Made by a program: the position numbers and the translations under genes | Part shown: piece after piece, positions 32,840-42,835 of the stretch | Layout of the letters: each line of letters begins with the position of its first letter | Position numbering within the stretch: position 1 is the stretch's first letter | The notes under the pieces: generated by a model | What the model was told of the DNA's origin: nothing | Databases searched by the model: none | The model's input: the letters and a program-made list of their open reading frames with translations, nothing else | Assembly: GCA_033764955.1 (NCBI GenBank) | Contig: JANRIL010000015.1 | Coordinates: 32,001 to 96,000 of the forward strand | Source of the DNA: Cyanobacteriota bacterium | GTDB taxonomy: Bacteria; Cyanobacteriota; Cyanobacteriia; Thermostichales; Thermostichaceae | Length of the DNA: 64,000 nucleotides | Direction of reading: 5' to 3'

Positions 32840-33805
32840 ATGCCCGACCCTCCTGTCGGTGACTCCAACCTTGTGATCAGACCTACTAGCCCCCTCTTTC
32901 GTCAACCGTTGCCGATTGCCCATCAGCGCACCTGCCAACATCCCGCCAATCACCTCAATTGCCTAACCGCCAAAGAGTGGGTAAAAGCGCAGGTGGGGGT
33001 TTGGCAGTGTAGCTATGAAAAACGAGATATCCGCAATAAAGATCTGCATCCGGCTACCTTTCCGATTGCTCTAGCCAAGCGGGTGATAGAACTGTTTACC
33101 CATACCGGGGAATTGGTGGTGGATCCTTTTGTGGGCAGTGGCACCACTCTCATCGCTGCCCACGATTTGCGACGCAATGCAGTCGGATTTGATCTGCAAG
33201 CGGCGTATGTCGATCTCTGTGAGAACCGTCTTTTGTCACTCAAAAGTGAGGATTCTTCTCCAGAAAGGGCAGAACAGATCGTCATCCAAGATGATGCACG
33301 AGCTATTTCTCACTATCTCGCCCCTGAAAGTATTGGTCTGATTTGGACTTCTCCCCCCTATGCCAATCTGCTGAATCGGCAGCGCCAAAACAAATCCCGA
33401 CGCAGCCAGGATCGCAAAAATTCTCAGTTGGGCAAAGTCGAGCAATATTCACAAGATCATCGTGATTTAGGAACACTAACGGTAGAGAAATATAGCCATG
33501 AGCTGGGATCCATTTTTGCAGCACTTTTGCCCCTGCTACGCCCCAAGGGACACTGTGTGATTAATGTGCCCGATATGTGGTGGCAAAATCAACGGATTAC
33601 CATTCACATTGCAGTGGTAGAGGAACTGAGAAAACGGGGATTTGAACTGCGTAATATTATCATTTGGGATCGCACCAACATTGTGAATCGCAAAGGAATT
33701 TTTGGTTGGCCTGCCAACTATATTACGATGGGAGTGACCTATGAATATCTTTTAGACTTTTGGCGACCTCCTAATATCGCTCTTTGGCAGGAGGGAATTC
33801 ATTAG
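32840..33805 (+). CDS. Solitary amino-DNA methyltransferase (N4-C/N6-A family)
   Basis: HPATFP, DPFVGSGTT (SAM-binding) and then TSPPY (catalytic); no adjacent endonuclease. Confidence 0.9.
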   Translation: MPDPPVGDSNLVIRPTSPLFRQPLPIAHQRTCQHPANHLNCLTAKEWVKAQVGVWQCSYEKRDIRNKDLHPATFPIALAKRVIELFTHTGELVVDPFVGSGTTLIAAHDLRRNAVGFDLQAAYVDLCENRLLSLKSEDSSPERAEQIVIQDDARAISHYLAPESIGLIWTSPPYANLLNRQRQNKSRRSQDRKNSQLGKVEQYSQDHRDLGTLTVEKYSHELGSIFAALLPLLRPKGHCVINVPDMWWQNQRITIHIAVVEELRKRGFELRNIIIWDRTNIVNRKGIFGWPANYITMGVTYEYLLDFWRPPNIALWQEGIH

Positions 33806-33842
33806 CCTAGACTATATTTTCTCCTGCTTAGTTTGCCTGCCC

Positions 33843-36194
33843 ATGTCAGAATTTTTTGGAGATATTCCTCCCCTGCCCCAGCCTTGGTCAACGCTAGAGG
33901 GGGTGAGCAGGGTAGTGGTGCAAGATCAAGGGATCCGCCTGCCATGTGAAGGGGCGGAGGTAACGGTACACCTGCTGACCAGCCAACTGCTGCATGTGCG
34001 AGTGGTGCCGGATGGTCGGGGAAAGCCACGCCGTTCCTGGGCGGTGGCGCAGATGGATGAAGCGTGGCCGAAAGTGGTCTTTCAAGTGTTGGAGTCTAGC
34101 AGCAGCCTAGAGCTGATCAGCGATACCCTGCGCCTGGAGATTCAATATCATCCCCTGCGGCTGACTTTTTATGATTTGCAAGGGCAAGCGTTTGCAGAAG
34201 ATGCCCCCGTCAGTTGTCGTTGGCGAGCCGATCAGATTCAGGCTAACAAACGGCTTCATCCCGAGGATCGCCTCTATGGGTTAGGCGAACGGACGGGTTT
34301 ATTAAATCAACGGGGCAAGATCTGCACCCACTGGACCTCGGATGTATGGGGCTATGACAACCTGACGGATTCGATGTATCAGGCCATCCCCTTTGTGATG
34401 ATTTTGCGGCCAGGGCTAACCTACGGCCTTTTTCTCAACACCACCCATTGGAGCCGCTTCGATCTGGGATCCAGCCAAACCGATTGCCTGCAAATTACCT
34501 CTCACAGCCGCGAACTGGACTACTACGTTATCTATGGCCCGACTCCCGCCCAAGTTTTAGATGGCTATACCCAAATCACTGGACGGATGCCCCTTCCCCC
34601 CCTCTGGGCACTGGGCTATCAGCAGTGTCGCTGGAGTTATCCCTCGGCGGCGGCTGTGAGCAACCTTGCCCAGGAGTTTCGCCAACGGCAGATCCCCTGC
34701 GATGTCATTTATTTGGATATCGACTATATGCGCGGCTATCGGGTCTTTACTTGGGATCCCCTCCGCTTTCCCGATCCGGCTCAGCTGATTGCCGATCTGA
34801 AGCAGCAGGGGTTTCGGGTGGTGACGATTGTGGATCCCGGAGTGAAATGGGATCCCGAAGCTGGCTATGCCGTATTTGACCAGGGAATTGCCGATCACTG
34901 TTTTCTCTACAAAAAGGATGGACACCTGCTTCATGGCTATGTCTGGCCTGGGAAAACCGTCTTCCCCGATTTTATGAAGGCGCGGGTGCGGCAATGGTGG
35001 GGGAATTGGCAACAGTCCCTGACGGATCTGGGGGTGGCGGGTATTTGGAACGATATGAATGAGCCTGCCCTCAATGATCGGCCATTTGGGGATGGAGGGC
35101 AGTTGGTCAGTTTTCCCCTAGAAACCCCGCAAGGGGAGGGATCCGATCTCAGCGATCATGCCGAAACCCACAATCTCTATGGCCTGATGATGGCACGGGC
35201 GAGTCGAGAGAGTCTCGATCACCATTTGGGAGGTGAGCGCGGCTTTGTCTTAACCCGCTCAGGGTATGCCGGCATCCAACGCTGGTCAGCCGTCTGGACG
35301 GGGGACAACAACTCGCTGTGGGAACACCTGGAAATGTCACTGCCCATGTTGTCCAACTTGAGCTTGTCGGGGGTGAGCTTTGTGGGAGCCGATATTGGCG
35401 GATTTGGTCGCAATGCCTCCCCCGAATTGTTTGCTCGCTGGATGCAGGTCGGCGCTTTGTATCCGCTGATGCGGGGTCATTCCGCCAAGCATACCCACCC
35501 CCATGAACCCTGGCAGTTTGGCTCTGAGGTAGAAAGAATCTGCCAAAAATTTATTCGCCTACGTTACCAGTTGTTGCCCTATCTCTACACCCTCTTTTGG
35601 CAAGCCCGTCAAACGGGATCCCCCATTTGGCGACCCTTACTATATGAATATCCTAACGATCCTCAGACCTATGACCTCTCGGATCAGGTGATGTTAGGGT
35701 CGGCACTCTTGGCGGCTCCCATCCTGCGACCGGGACAAACTCACCGTGCGGTCTATCTGCCGGAGGGATCCTGGTTTGATTGGTGGACGGGAGAGGTTTT
35801 CTTCGGTCCCACCCACCTTTTGGCCGATGCCCCCCTCGATCAGATGCCCCTCTACGCCCGCGCCGGAGCGGTGATTCCGCTTGCCCCGCCTATGCAGCAC
35901 ACGCAGGAACGTCCCTGGGATCCCTTGACCCTGAGAGTCTATGCGGGGAATGGGGACTGGACTTACTACGAGGATGATGGGCATTCTCTGGGCTATCAAT
36001 CGGATATTTGGGCAACCACTCCGATCCGTGTCCGGCAGGAGGGATCCCTAGTGCGGGTCACACTCTACCCACGGCAAGGTTCCTGGCGACCGGATCCCCA
36101 CCGCTTGATCGTGCAGGTGGTGGGCTATGGTGAGCAACAAATTCGGGACGATGGCTCAGCCCAGACGCTGACTTTTCCAGGCCAAGTTCTATAG
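33843..36194 (+). CDS. Glycoside hydrolase family 31 (alpha-glucosidase)
   Basis: YGLGER, ALGYQQCRWSY, LDIDYM, WNDMNEP, WTGDN, GADIGGF. Confidence 0.95.
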   Translation: MSEFFGDIPPLPQPWSTLEGVSRVVVQDQGIRLPCEGAEVTVHLLTSQLLHVRVVPDGRGKPRRSWAVAQMDEAWPKVVFQVLESSSSLELISDTLRLEIQYHPLRLTFYDLQGQAFAEDAPVSCRWRADQIQANKRLHPEDRLYGLGERTGLLNQRGKICTHWTSDVWGYDNLTDSMYQAIPFVMILRPGLTYGLFLNTTHWSRFDLGSSQTDCLQITSHSRELDYYVIYGPTPAQVLDGYTQITGRMPLPPLWALGYQQCRWSYPSAAAVSNLAQEFRQRQIPCDVIYLDIDYMRGYRVFTWDPLRFPDPAQLIADLKQQGFRVVTIVDPGVKWDPEAGYAVFDQGIADHCFLYKKDGHLLHGYVWPGKTVFPDFMKARVRQWWGNWQQSLTDLGVAGIWNDMNEPALNDRPFGDGGQLVSFPLETPQGEGSDLSDHAETHNLYGLMMARASRESLDHHLGGERGFVLTRSGYAGIQRWSAVWTGDNNSLWEHLEMSLPMLSNLSLSGVSFVGADIGGFGRNASPELFARWMQVGALYPLMRGHSAKHTHPHEPWQFGSEVERICQKFIRLRYQLLPYLYTLFWQARQTGSPIWRPLLYEYPNDPQTYDLSDQVMLGSALLAAPILRPGQTHRAVYLPEGSWFDWWTGEVFFGPTHLLADAPLDQMPLYARAGAVIPLAPPMQHTQERPWDPLTLRVYAGNGDWTYYEDDGHSLGYQSDIWATTPIRVRQEGSLVRVTLYPRQGSWRPDPHRLIVQVVGYGEQQIRDDGSAQTLTFPGQVL

Positions 36195-36275
36195 ATTCTC
36201 TGGGGGGATTCGTGGCAAGCCATCGGCTGCTGATTTCCACGGATGATCATCCGCCATCACAAAGGTTAAGGTGGC

Positions 36276-36995
36276 ATGATGAAGTTTTTTTATTGGGTTG
36301 CCCTTGCCTTCTGGTCAGGGCTGGCACCATCTGCTCTGGCTCAACCCTGGCTAGCGGGTTCTGTGGTCTCGGTGGGGGATGGCGACACCCTAAGAGTCCA
36401 AACCACCCAAGGCGCTCTCACTATCCGACTGGCCTGTATTGATGCCCCGGAAACGCAACAGGCTCCCTGGGGATCCCAGTCGGCTCGTCACCTCAAAAAA
36501 CTGCTTCCCATCGGAACCTCAGTCCAGCTTCGGGTGGTAGAGAAAGACCGTTACCATCGCACCGTGGCCGAGGTGTATGAGGGATCCCAGTCAATCAACC
36601 TGCAAATGGTGAAAGAGGGACAGGCGGTGGTTTATGACGACTACCTAGCAGGATGTAGCGATGATCCTGAGGTATGGCTGAAGGCGGAGCAACAGGCTCA
36701 GCAGGCGCAAGCGGGGTTGTGGAAGCAGACTGCTGTCGTCATGCCTTGGGAATTTCGGCGAGCCAGACGCTCCTCAGGGGGGGCAACCCCGCAAGTCCAT
36801 CCGACGGTCTCTCCTCCAGCCCCACCCGTTGTAGAAGCGGGCAACCCCTGTGAACCCAGCTATCCCGATCTGTGTTTAGCCCCTGCTCCCCCCGATCTTG
36901 ATTGCCGAGACATTCCCTATCGGCGATTTCGCGTCCTGCCTCCGGATCCCCACCGCCTAGACGGGGACAAAGATGGAATGGGTTGCGAATCCTAA
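36276..36995 (+). CDS. Secreted thermonuclease (SNase) with C-terminal Ca-binding (Excalibur-like) module
   Basis: Signal peptide; DGDT, IRLACIDAPE, DRYHRTVAEV; C-terminal C...LDC...DPHRLDGDKDGMGCE. Confidence 0.9.
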   Translation: MMKFFYWVALAFWSGLAPSALAQPWLAGSVVSVGDGDTLRVQTTQGALTIRLACIDAPETQQAPWGSQSARHLKKLLPIGTSVQLRVVEKDRYHRTVAEVYEGSQSINLQMVKEGQAVVYDDYLAGCSDDPEVWLKAEQQAQQAQAGLWKQTAVVMPWEFRRARRSSGGATPQVHPTVSPPAPPVVEAGNPCEPSYPDLCLAPAPPDLDCRDIPYRRFRVLPPDPHRLDGDKDGMGCES

Positions 36996-37051
36996 GGGAT
37001 CCCCACCCAACCCAATACCCAGAGGGTTCACCCACGATGAGGGACATCAGC

Positions 37052-37663
37052 CTAGCTGTCTTCGGCTAGCAAGCCATAGATTTCGCGCTTGGCGCGTTGC
37101 AGGATCTGGCGCACTTGAGCAATTTTTTGCTGTTGGCGGGGATGAGCCACCTGGCGCACTGCCCCTTTGAGTTCCTGCATGGTTTCTCGCAGATCCAGCA
37201 ATTCCTCCCTTGGTTCTAGGGATCCCTCCCCCATGAGCAGGGGATCCGGTTCGGCGAGGGTTTGCCGCTCCGCCAAGAGGGCGCGCCCTGCCTCCGTAAC
37301 CTGATAAACCCGTTTCCCCTCCACGATTTCACTACTCAAATATCCCTCTTCCTCCAACATCTGCAAGGTGGGATAAACCGAGCCAGGACTGGGGCGATAA
37401 AACCCGCCGTGACGGGCCTCCAACGCTTTGATCACCTGATAGCCGTGGCGGGGCTGCTCCGCCAACACCCCCAGCAGAATAAATTTGATATCCCCCCGAC
37501 GAACCATGACATCTCGGGGAGCCGGATCCCAACCTGAGCGGCGGCGGGGAGGCAACCCTGCCCAAAAAAGGGGATCCCAGTCCATACCAAACTCAGGGGG
37601 AGGAGGCATCTGACCCAACATAATTTTTACCAAAACACGACTTAATGACAGATCATACGACAT
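37052..37663 (-). CDS. PadR family transcriptional regulator
   Basis: RRGDIKFILL...PRHGYQVIKAL...YRPSPGSVYPTLQMLEEEG; start may be 37621. Confidence 0.92.
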   Translation of the reverse strand: MSYDLSLSRVLVKIMLGQMPPPPEFGMDWDPLFWAGLPPRRRSGWDPAPRDVMVRRGDIKFILLGVLAEQPRHGYQVIKALEARHGGFYRPSPGSVYPTLQMLEEEGYLSSEIVEGKRVYQVTEAGRALLAERQTLAEPDPLLMGEGSLEPREELLDLRETMQELKGAVRQVAHPRQQQKIAQVRQILQRAKREIYGLLAEDS

Positions 37664-37666
37664 GTC

Positions 37667-37678
37667 ACGATATATCGT
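37667..37678. promoter_or_regulatory. Perfect palindrome, candidate PadR operator
   Basis: ACGATATATCGT immediately upstream of padR in the divergent intergenic region. Confidence 0.55.
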
Positions 37679-37782
37679 CTACATTATTCTAACCAATCCC
37701 CGTCTTTATCCCATCCTCCTCTCATATCCCCCTCAGGCTCTCTGCTTAGAACAAGTGCAGAGGCCAATTTCCAGGAAGCGCT

Positions 37783-38316
37783 ATGCCAGTTTATGCACGC
37801 AGGCGGGTGGTAACGATGGGAGTGGGGGCAACAGTCGGATGGTGGGCGTGGCTACAGGGATCTGGTTCGGCCATTTCCCTCGGACAACCCATGCCCGAAT
37901 TTCAAGGGATCCAAGCATGGCTGAATAGCCCCCCTTTGCGGGTCAAGGATCTGCGGGGTCACGTGGTGGCTGTGCAGTTTTGGACACTGGGCTGCATCAA
38001 TTGTCAGCGTACCCTCCCCCACGTCACCCAGCTTGACCGAGACTATCGGGAGCAGGGATTGGTTGTGGTGGGAGTGCATACCCCCGAATTTCCTTACGAG
38101 CGAGATCTGGGCAATATCCGCGCCGCCATCGACCGCTATGGCATCGAGTATGCCGTGGCTGTGGATAATCAATTCAAAACCTGGCAAGCCTATCAAAACC
38201 GCTACTGGCCTCACCTGTTCATCGCCGATCAAAAGGGGCAGATCGCCTTTCACCACATTGGGGAAGGGGCTTACGACGAGATGGAGCAGACGGTGCAAGC
38301 GTTGCTGAAGGGGTGA
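37783..38316 (+). CDS. Thioredoxin-like protein (DipZ C-terminal type)
   Basis: WLNSPPL, FWTLGCINC, GVHTPEF, NRYWP, HIGEGAY; N-terminal RRR plus hydrophobic stretch. Confidence 0.9.
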   Translation: MPVYARRRVVTMGVGATVGWWAWLQGSGSAISLGQPMPEFQGIQAWLNSPPLRVKDLRGHVVAVQFWTLGCINCQRTLPHVTQLDRDYREQGLVVVGVHTPEFPYERDLGNIRAAIDRYGIEYAVAVDNQFKTWQAYQNRYWPHLFIADQKGQIAFHHIGEGAYDEMEQTVQALLKG

Positions 38317-39002
38317 GCACTATGTCACTGTTTGGGTTGGCTTGGCTAGCCGGGATCCTGACCGTTCTCTCCCCCTGTATCTTGCCGATTCTGCCGATTT
38401 TGCTGGGACGCTCCTTGGTCTGTCATCCCTGTGGCCCTCTGGCGTTGGTGGCGGGGCTGGCCACTTCCTTTGCCGTGATGGGATCCCTGCTGGCGGTATC
38501 GGCGGAGTGGTTGGGATCCCTGAGCCATTTGATCCGGCAGGCAGCCATCCTCGGCTTCGTACTGCTGGGCTTAGCTGCTGCCTTGCCGCGAGTCAGTCAA
38601 CCGATTCTGGAACGGGTGGTTCCTCGAGGGTGGAGGCAGCCGATGGCGGGCGCTACGCTGTGGCAGGAGTTTGGCATCGGTATGCAGATGGGCATTGTTT
38701 GGATCCCTTGTGCGGGACCGGTTTTGGGATCCATCTTGACACTGGTGGTGGTCGAGCAGGCGGTCGCCAAAGGGTTTGGGGCGCTCTGGCTGTATGGGCT
38801 GGGGGCAGGGATCCCCATGCTGCTGATTGCCTATGGAGGGCGGGGGTTGAGCCAACGCCTGTCAACGATCTACCCCTATCTCGCCAGGTTGCAACAGGTG
38901 GGGGGAGTGGGGATCGCCTTGACCGGACTTGCCATTCTCTGCGGTTGGGATGTCGCCCTGCAATGGCGCTTAGCCGATTGGTTTCCTCCTTTACCCCTCT
39001 AA
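38313..39002 (+). CDS. CcdA/DsbD transmembrane disulfide transporter
   Basis: LSPCILPILP and WIPCAGPVLG; overlaps the upstream gene (GTGA). Confidence 0.9.
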   Translation: MSTMSLFGLAWLAGILTVLSPCILPILPILLGRSLVCHPCGPLALVAGLATSFAVMGSLLAVSAEWLGSLSHLIRQAAILGFVLLGLAAALPRVSQPILERVVPRGWRQPMAGATLWQEFGIGMQMGIVWIPCAGPVLGSILTLVVVEQAVAKGFGALWLYGLGAGIPMLLIAYGGRGLSQRLSTIYPYLARLQQVGGVGIALTGLAILCGWDVALQWRLADWFPPLPL

Positions 39003-39086
39003 TCGGGATCGGTCGCAATCTCCCCAACCGAAACTATTCCCCCCAATTTTGCGATAGCCTCGTAATGCAATAGCCTCGTCAACAGT

Positions 39087-39986
39087 GTGACTGCTGTTCT
39101 GGAGTATCGCGTGAGATCTGCCCATCCGTCCGGTTCAAACTTTCAGTGGCCCCAACTCTCCTGGTTCCCGTTTTTGGGGGGATCCCTGGTGTTGCTGCTC
39201 TTGTTGGGGGTGTTGCAATGTTTGGTAGTGGTGCCCGCCGGGGCGCGGGTGGTGGTGTTTAACTCCCTGGCGGGTCTGAAACCGCAGCCCTTGGGGGAAG
39301 GCTTGCATCTGCTGTTGCCCGTGATTGAGACCCCTATTTACTACGATGTTCGCACCCAAACCTATACAATGGCCTCCCAACGGTCGGAAGGGTTGGTGGG
39401 AGACGATGCCCTGCGGGTTTTGAGCGCTGATGGACAACAAATCAGCCTGGATGTGTCGGTGCGGTTTCGTCTGGATCCCGATCAAGTGGCTCACCTGCAC
39501 CAAACCATCGGGCAAAACTATATCGACAAAGTGATTCGCCCGGAAGTCCGCACCGTTATGCGCAATGAACTGGCTTTGCACCGAGCGATTGCCGTGTTTT
39601 CCGATGAACGGGAACAAATTCAGGACAACGTGGAGCACCAACTGGCTGAGATCTTTGCTGAGAATGATTTGATTCTGCAAAACGTGCTTCTCAGAAATGT
39701 CCGATTCTCCGAACAATTCCAGACCGCCATCGAACAAAAACAAATTGCCGAACAAGAAAAAGAACGGGAACGCTTTCTCGTAGACAAAGCCCAACTGGAA
39801 AAACAACGCACGATTATCCTGGCGGAAGGAGAAGCCAAAGCCATTCAGTTGCAGGGGGATGCCCTCAAACAAAACCCCGAAGTGGTGCAGCTAGACTATG
39901 TGCGTAAGCTGGCTCCCGGCACCCGCGCCATTCTGAGTAGCCCCGATAGCCTGTCCCGTCCCGCCAAGGGATCCCCTTTCAAATAG
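39087..39986 (+). CDS. Prohibitin/SPFH (band 7) family protein
   Basis: LGEGLH, YDVRTQ, AIEQKQIAEQE, AEGEAKAI. Confidence 0.92.
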   Translation: MTAVLEYRVRSAHPSGSNFQWPQLSWFPFLGGSLVLLLLLGVLQCLVVVPAGARVVVFNSLAGLKPQPLGEGLHLLLPVIETPIYYDVRTQTYTMASQRSEGLVGDDALRVLSADGQQISLDVSVRFRLDPDQVAHLHQTIGQNYIDKVIRPEVRTVMRNELALHRAIAVFSDEREQIQDNVEHQLAEIFAENDLILQNVLLRNVRFSEQFQTAIEQKQIAEQEKERERFLVDKAQLEKQRTIILAEGEAKAIQLQGDALKQNPEVVQLDYVRKLAPGTRAILSSPDSLSRPAKGSPFK

Positions 39987-40036
39987 GTCACATTGGCTCA
40001 GCCGCCTCACCTGGCTCTATTGGGAGCTGTTTCCCC

Positions 40037-40720
40037 ATGTCTCAGCTTGATCACATCCCTGAGCGGATCGCCCACCTGCGTAGCCGGATCCCACCCCACG
40101 TGGAAATCATGGCTGTTAGCAAGGGATATTCTGCCGAACATATTCGCGTTGCCTATCAAGCGGGCATTCGCCACTTTGGAGAAAGCCGAGTTCAAGAGGC
40201 CAGTCTCAAACAAAGCCAAGTCCAAGACCTCGACATCATCTGGCATTTAATCGGGCATCTCCAAACCAACAAAGTGAGCGCGGCTCTCTCCCTGTTTGAT
40301 TGGATTGATAGCGTCGATAGCCTCAAACTGGCGCAACTACTCCACCAACGACTCCTGACCAGCCCCCGTACCCCCCAACTCTGCCTGCAAATGAAGCTGG
40401 CTCCGGATCCCCAAAAATATGGTTGGACGGTTCCCGAATTGCTGCAAACTCTACCCCAACTCATGCCACTGACCCGTCTCTCGATTCGAGGCTTGATGAG
40501 CATTTTGCCCTTGGGCTTAAGCGACCCCCAGATCCTCAGCCTTTTTCAAAAACTTCCCCAATTGGCTAACCACCTCAGATCGATTAACGAAAGCTACTTC
40601 GATATCCAGGTGCTTTCTATGGGCATGTCGGGGGATTATCCGCTAGCCATTGCTGCCGGAGCTAACCTGATTCGCTTGGGTCGTTTCCTATTTGCCGATC
40701 CATTACCTACGCCTGATTAG
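40037..40720 (+). CDS. pipY: PLP homeostasis protein YggS/PipY
   Basis: MAVSK, FGESRVQE, WHLIGHLQTNK, LSMGMSGDY; upstream of sepF-proC. Confidence 0.93.
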   Translation: MSQLDHIPERIAHLRSRIPPHVEIMAVSKGYSAEHIRVAYQAGIRHFGESRVQEASLKQSQVQDLDIIWHLIGHLQTNKVSAALSLFDWIDSVDSLKLAQLLHQRLLTSPRTPQLCLQMKLAPDPQKYGWTVPELLQTLPQLMPLTRLSIRGLMSILPLGLSDPQILSLFQKLPQLANHLRSINESYFDIQVLSMGMSGDYPLAIAAGANLIRLGRFLFADPLPTPD

Positions 40721-41269
40721 CCTACCGAGCATCACCCTATGGATCCTCAAAAAATCGGCCTGGGGGAGGGAAAGCTATGTTATGGCTTGTTGACAAATCG
40801 GCCAGCAAAACCCAGAGGCAGCTTCGTAATTGATCTTAAAAAAACCTAAAGACTTGACCGAGCCACAGGTGCAGAAGTGTGGGTTTTTCGGTGCTTTGCT
40901 ACTGTTTTTGCTAAGAAATTGTGCTTTAGATTACTCAAAATTCTCAAGACAGATAGCGACTTTCGGGGATCGACAGAAATCCAAACTGAGATCGTGACTT
41001 TACCAAAAACTTCCGGTATGATGAGCCGTAATTGACCTGAATTTATTAAACAAACCTAAAGATTCAGATCAAGTGATAAGAGGGTGACAATTTTCCTTGG
41101 CATAGGTAAACTCTACTGGAGTTTGCAAGCTTGAGATCCGTCATGCCAACCTACCTCTTCTCGGTGGGATCCCAAGGTATGACAAACCTCCTCAAGCATA
41201 AGGTGGCAAACCCTGACCAAAACATGCCGTGACTTGAGTGTCGAGTTGATCTTTGTGAGGACATCGCCA

Positions 41270-41935
41270 ATGAGTGGACTGTGGGGTAGAGTGAAGGACT
41301 TTGTGGGTTGGACGGATCCCGTAGATGGCTTAGAAGACTATTCTGAGATGGCGGATCAAGAGGATTATCAATCCCTGTTTGAGCAGAGCAAGCGTCATCC
41401 TCAAGCCTCGCAGGCTGCCATGTCCTCAGAAGGGGCCGAAGAGCCTGCCTCTGATTATGGCCAAGGAATGGGGACTCGCCCACGTCGGCAGCGGTCAACA
41501 GAATGGTCAGAAGCTACGCATCGACGCACAAATCGGGAACGCTCTCTAGGTAACAACATGGCTAGCAATGTTATTGGGTTGCCCAGTGTCAACTCGGCCA
41601 CCAGCGAAGTAGTGGTGATGGATCCCCGCAGCTTTGATGAGATGGCGCAGGTCGTACAAAATCTGCGAGATCGCAAAACGGTGATCATGAACCTCACCCT
41701 GATGGATCCGGCTGATGCCCAGCGCTCCGTTGACTTTGTGGCGGGGGGAACCTACGCCATTGATGGCCACCAAGAGCGGATCGGCGAGAATATCTTTCTG
41801 TTTACGCCCAGCACGGTAGCGGTTACCACCTCCTCTAGCTATGGGGCGCAGCCAACCCAACGCACCATGCCCAGCCCTACCTCCATCTGGTCAGCGGTAG
41901 CCTATGATCCGGTTCATGCTGTTGGTCAGCGCTAA
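41270..41935 (+). CDS. sepF: Cell division protein SepF
   Basis: [50 protein letters not shown]. Confidence 0.95.
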   Translation: MSGLWGRVKDFVGWTDPVDGLEDYSEMADQEDYQSLFEQSKRHPQASQAAMSSEGAEEPASDYGQGMGTRPRRQRSTEWSEATHRRTNRERSLGNNMASNVIGLPSVNSATSEVVVMDPRSFDEMAQVVQNLRDRKTVIMNLTLMDPADAQRSVDFVAGGTYAIDGHQERIGENIFLFTPSTVAVTTSSSYGAQPTQRTMPSPTSIWSAVAYDPVHAVGQR

Positions 41936-41950
41936 CCAAGGCAAACAAGC

Positions 41951-42775
41951 GTGACTTCTCTTTTGGGATCCCTTAGTCTAGCCGTGATTGGTGGTGGCGC
42001 TATGGGGTCAGCTCTCCTGAGAGGGCTGGCCAAGCGCCGCGTCTATCCCCCTGAGGCTGTGGGGGTGAGTGAGCCGGATGAAAGCCGTGCCCAAGCACTA
42101 GGGGAGGAGCTAGGGATCCAGACCCTGCCCAGCAATGTTGAGGCGGCTACAGCCAGAATCATTCTCTTGGCGGTTAAGCCCCAGGTTTTTCCCTTTGTGG
42201 TTAATCAGATTGGTGGCGTACTGTCGGCTGAGCTAGTGATTTCAATGATGGCGGGCATCACGCTTGCAGATTTGGAATCCGCTTTTCCTGGTAAAGGGGT
42301 AGTGCGAACCATGCCCAACACCCCAGCCTTGGTGGGATCCGGTATCACGGCCATCTCCTACGGACACCTCGTTTCCTCCACGCAAGCGGCGGAAGTCGAA
42401 GAACTTTTTCGGGCAGTCGGCTCGGTCATTACTGTAGCCGAGAGTCAGATGGACGCTGTGACTGCTCTCTCTGGTTCTGGCCCTGGCTACTTTGCGGTCA
42501 TTCTAGAAGCCATGATTGATGGGGGGGTGCAGGCGGGCTTGGCACGTTCTGTGGCGACCCAGTTAGCCCTGCAGACGATGTTGGGAACGGCCACCTTGTT
42601 ACAGCAAGAGAATCTCCATCCAGCCCTCCTCAAAGATCGAGTCACCAGCCCAGGGGGCACTACCATCGCTGGGATCACGGTGTTGGAGCAAGCAGGCTTG
42701 CGAGGGATCCTGATCAGTGCCCTACAAGCGGCACAAGAACGATCTCGCCAATTGCGAATCGCTTCCTCCAGTTAG
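41951..42775 (+). CDS. proC: Pyrroline-5-carboxylate reductase
   Basis: IGGGAMG, LAVKPQ, RTMPNTP, TALSGSGP, VTSPGGTT. Confidence 0.97.
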   Translation: MTSLLGSLSLAVIGGGAMGSALLRGLAKRRVYPPEAVGVSEPDESRAQALGEELGIQTLPSNVEAATARIILLAVKPQVFPFVVNQIGGVLSAELVISMMAGITLADLESAFPGKGVVRTMPNTPALVGSGITAISYGHLVSSTQAAEVEELFRAVGSVITVAESQMDAVTALSGSGPGYFAVILEAMIDGGVQAGLARSVATQLALQTMLGTATLLQQENLHPALLKDRVTSPGGTTIAGITVLEQAGLRGILISALQAAQERSRQLRIASSS

Positions 42776-42835
42776 GATCGAGCGATGATCAAAGCTGAAA
42801 AGGTCAAAGCTGAAAAGTTTCTCCTCGGCTTACTG

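Noticed and set aside
32840..36995. Methyltransferase plus thermonuclease as a restriction-modification or defence pair
   Set aside because: They are separated by a GH31 gene, and the nuclease has a signal peptide, so it is exported.
38342..39872. Long alternative-frame and antisense ORFs (243 aa, 245 aa and similar)
   Set aside because: They are shadows of well-supported genes and carry no family motifs.
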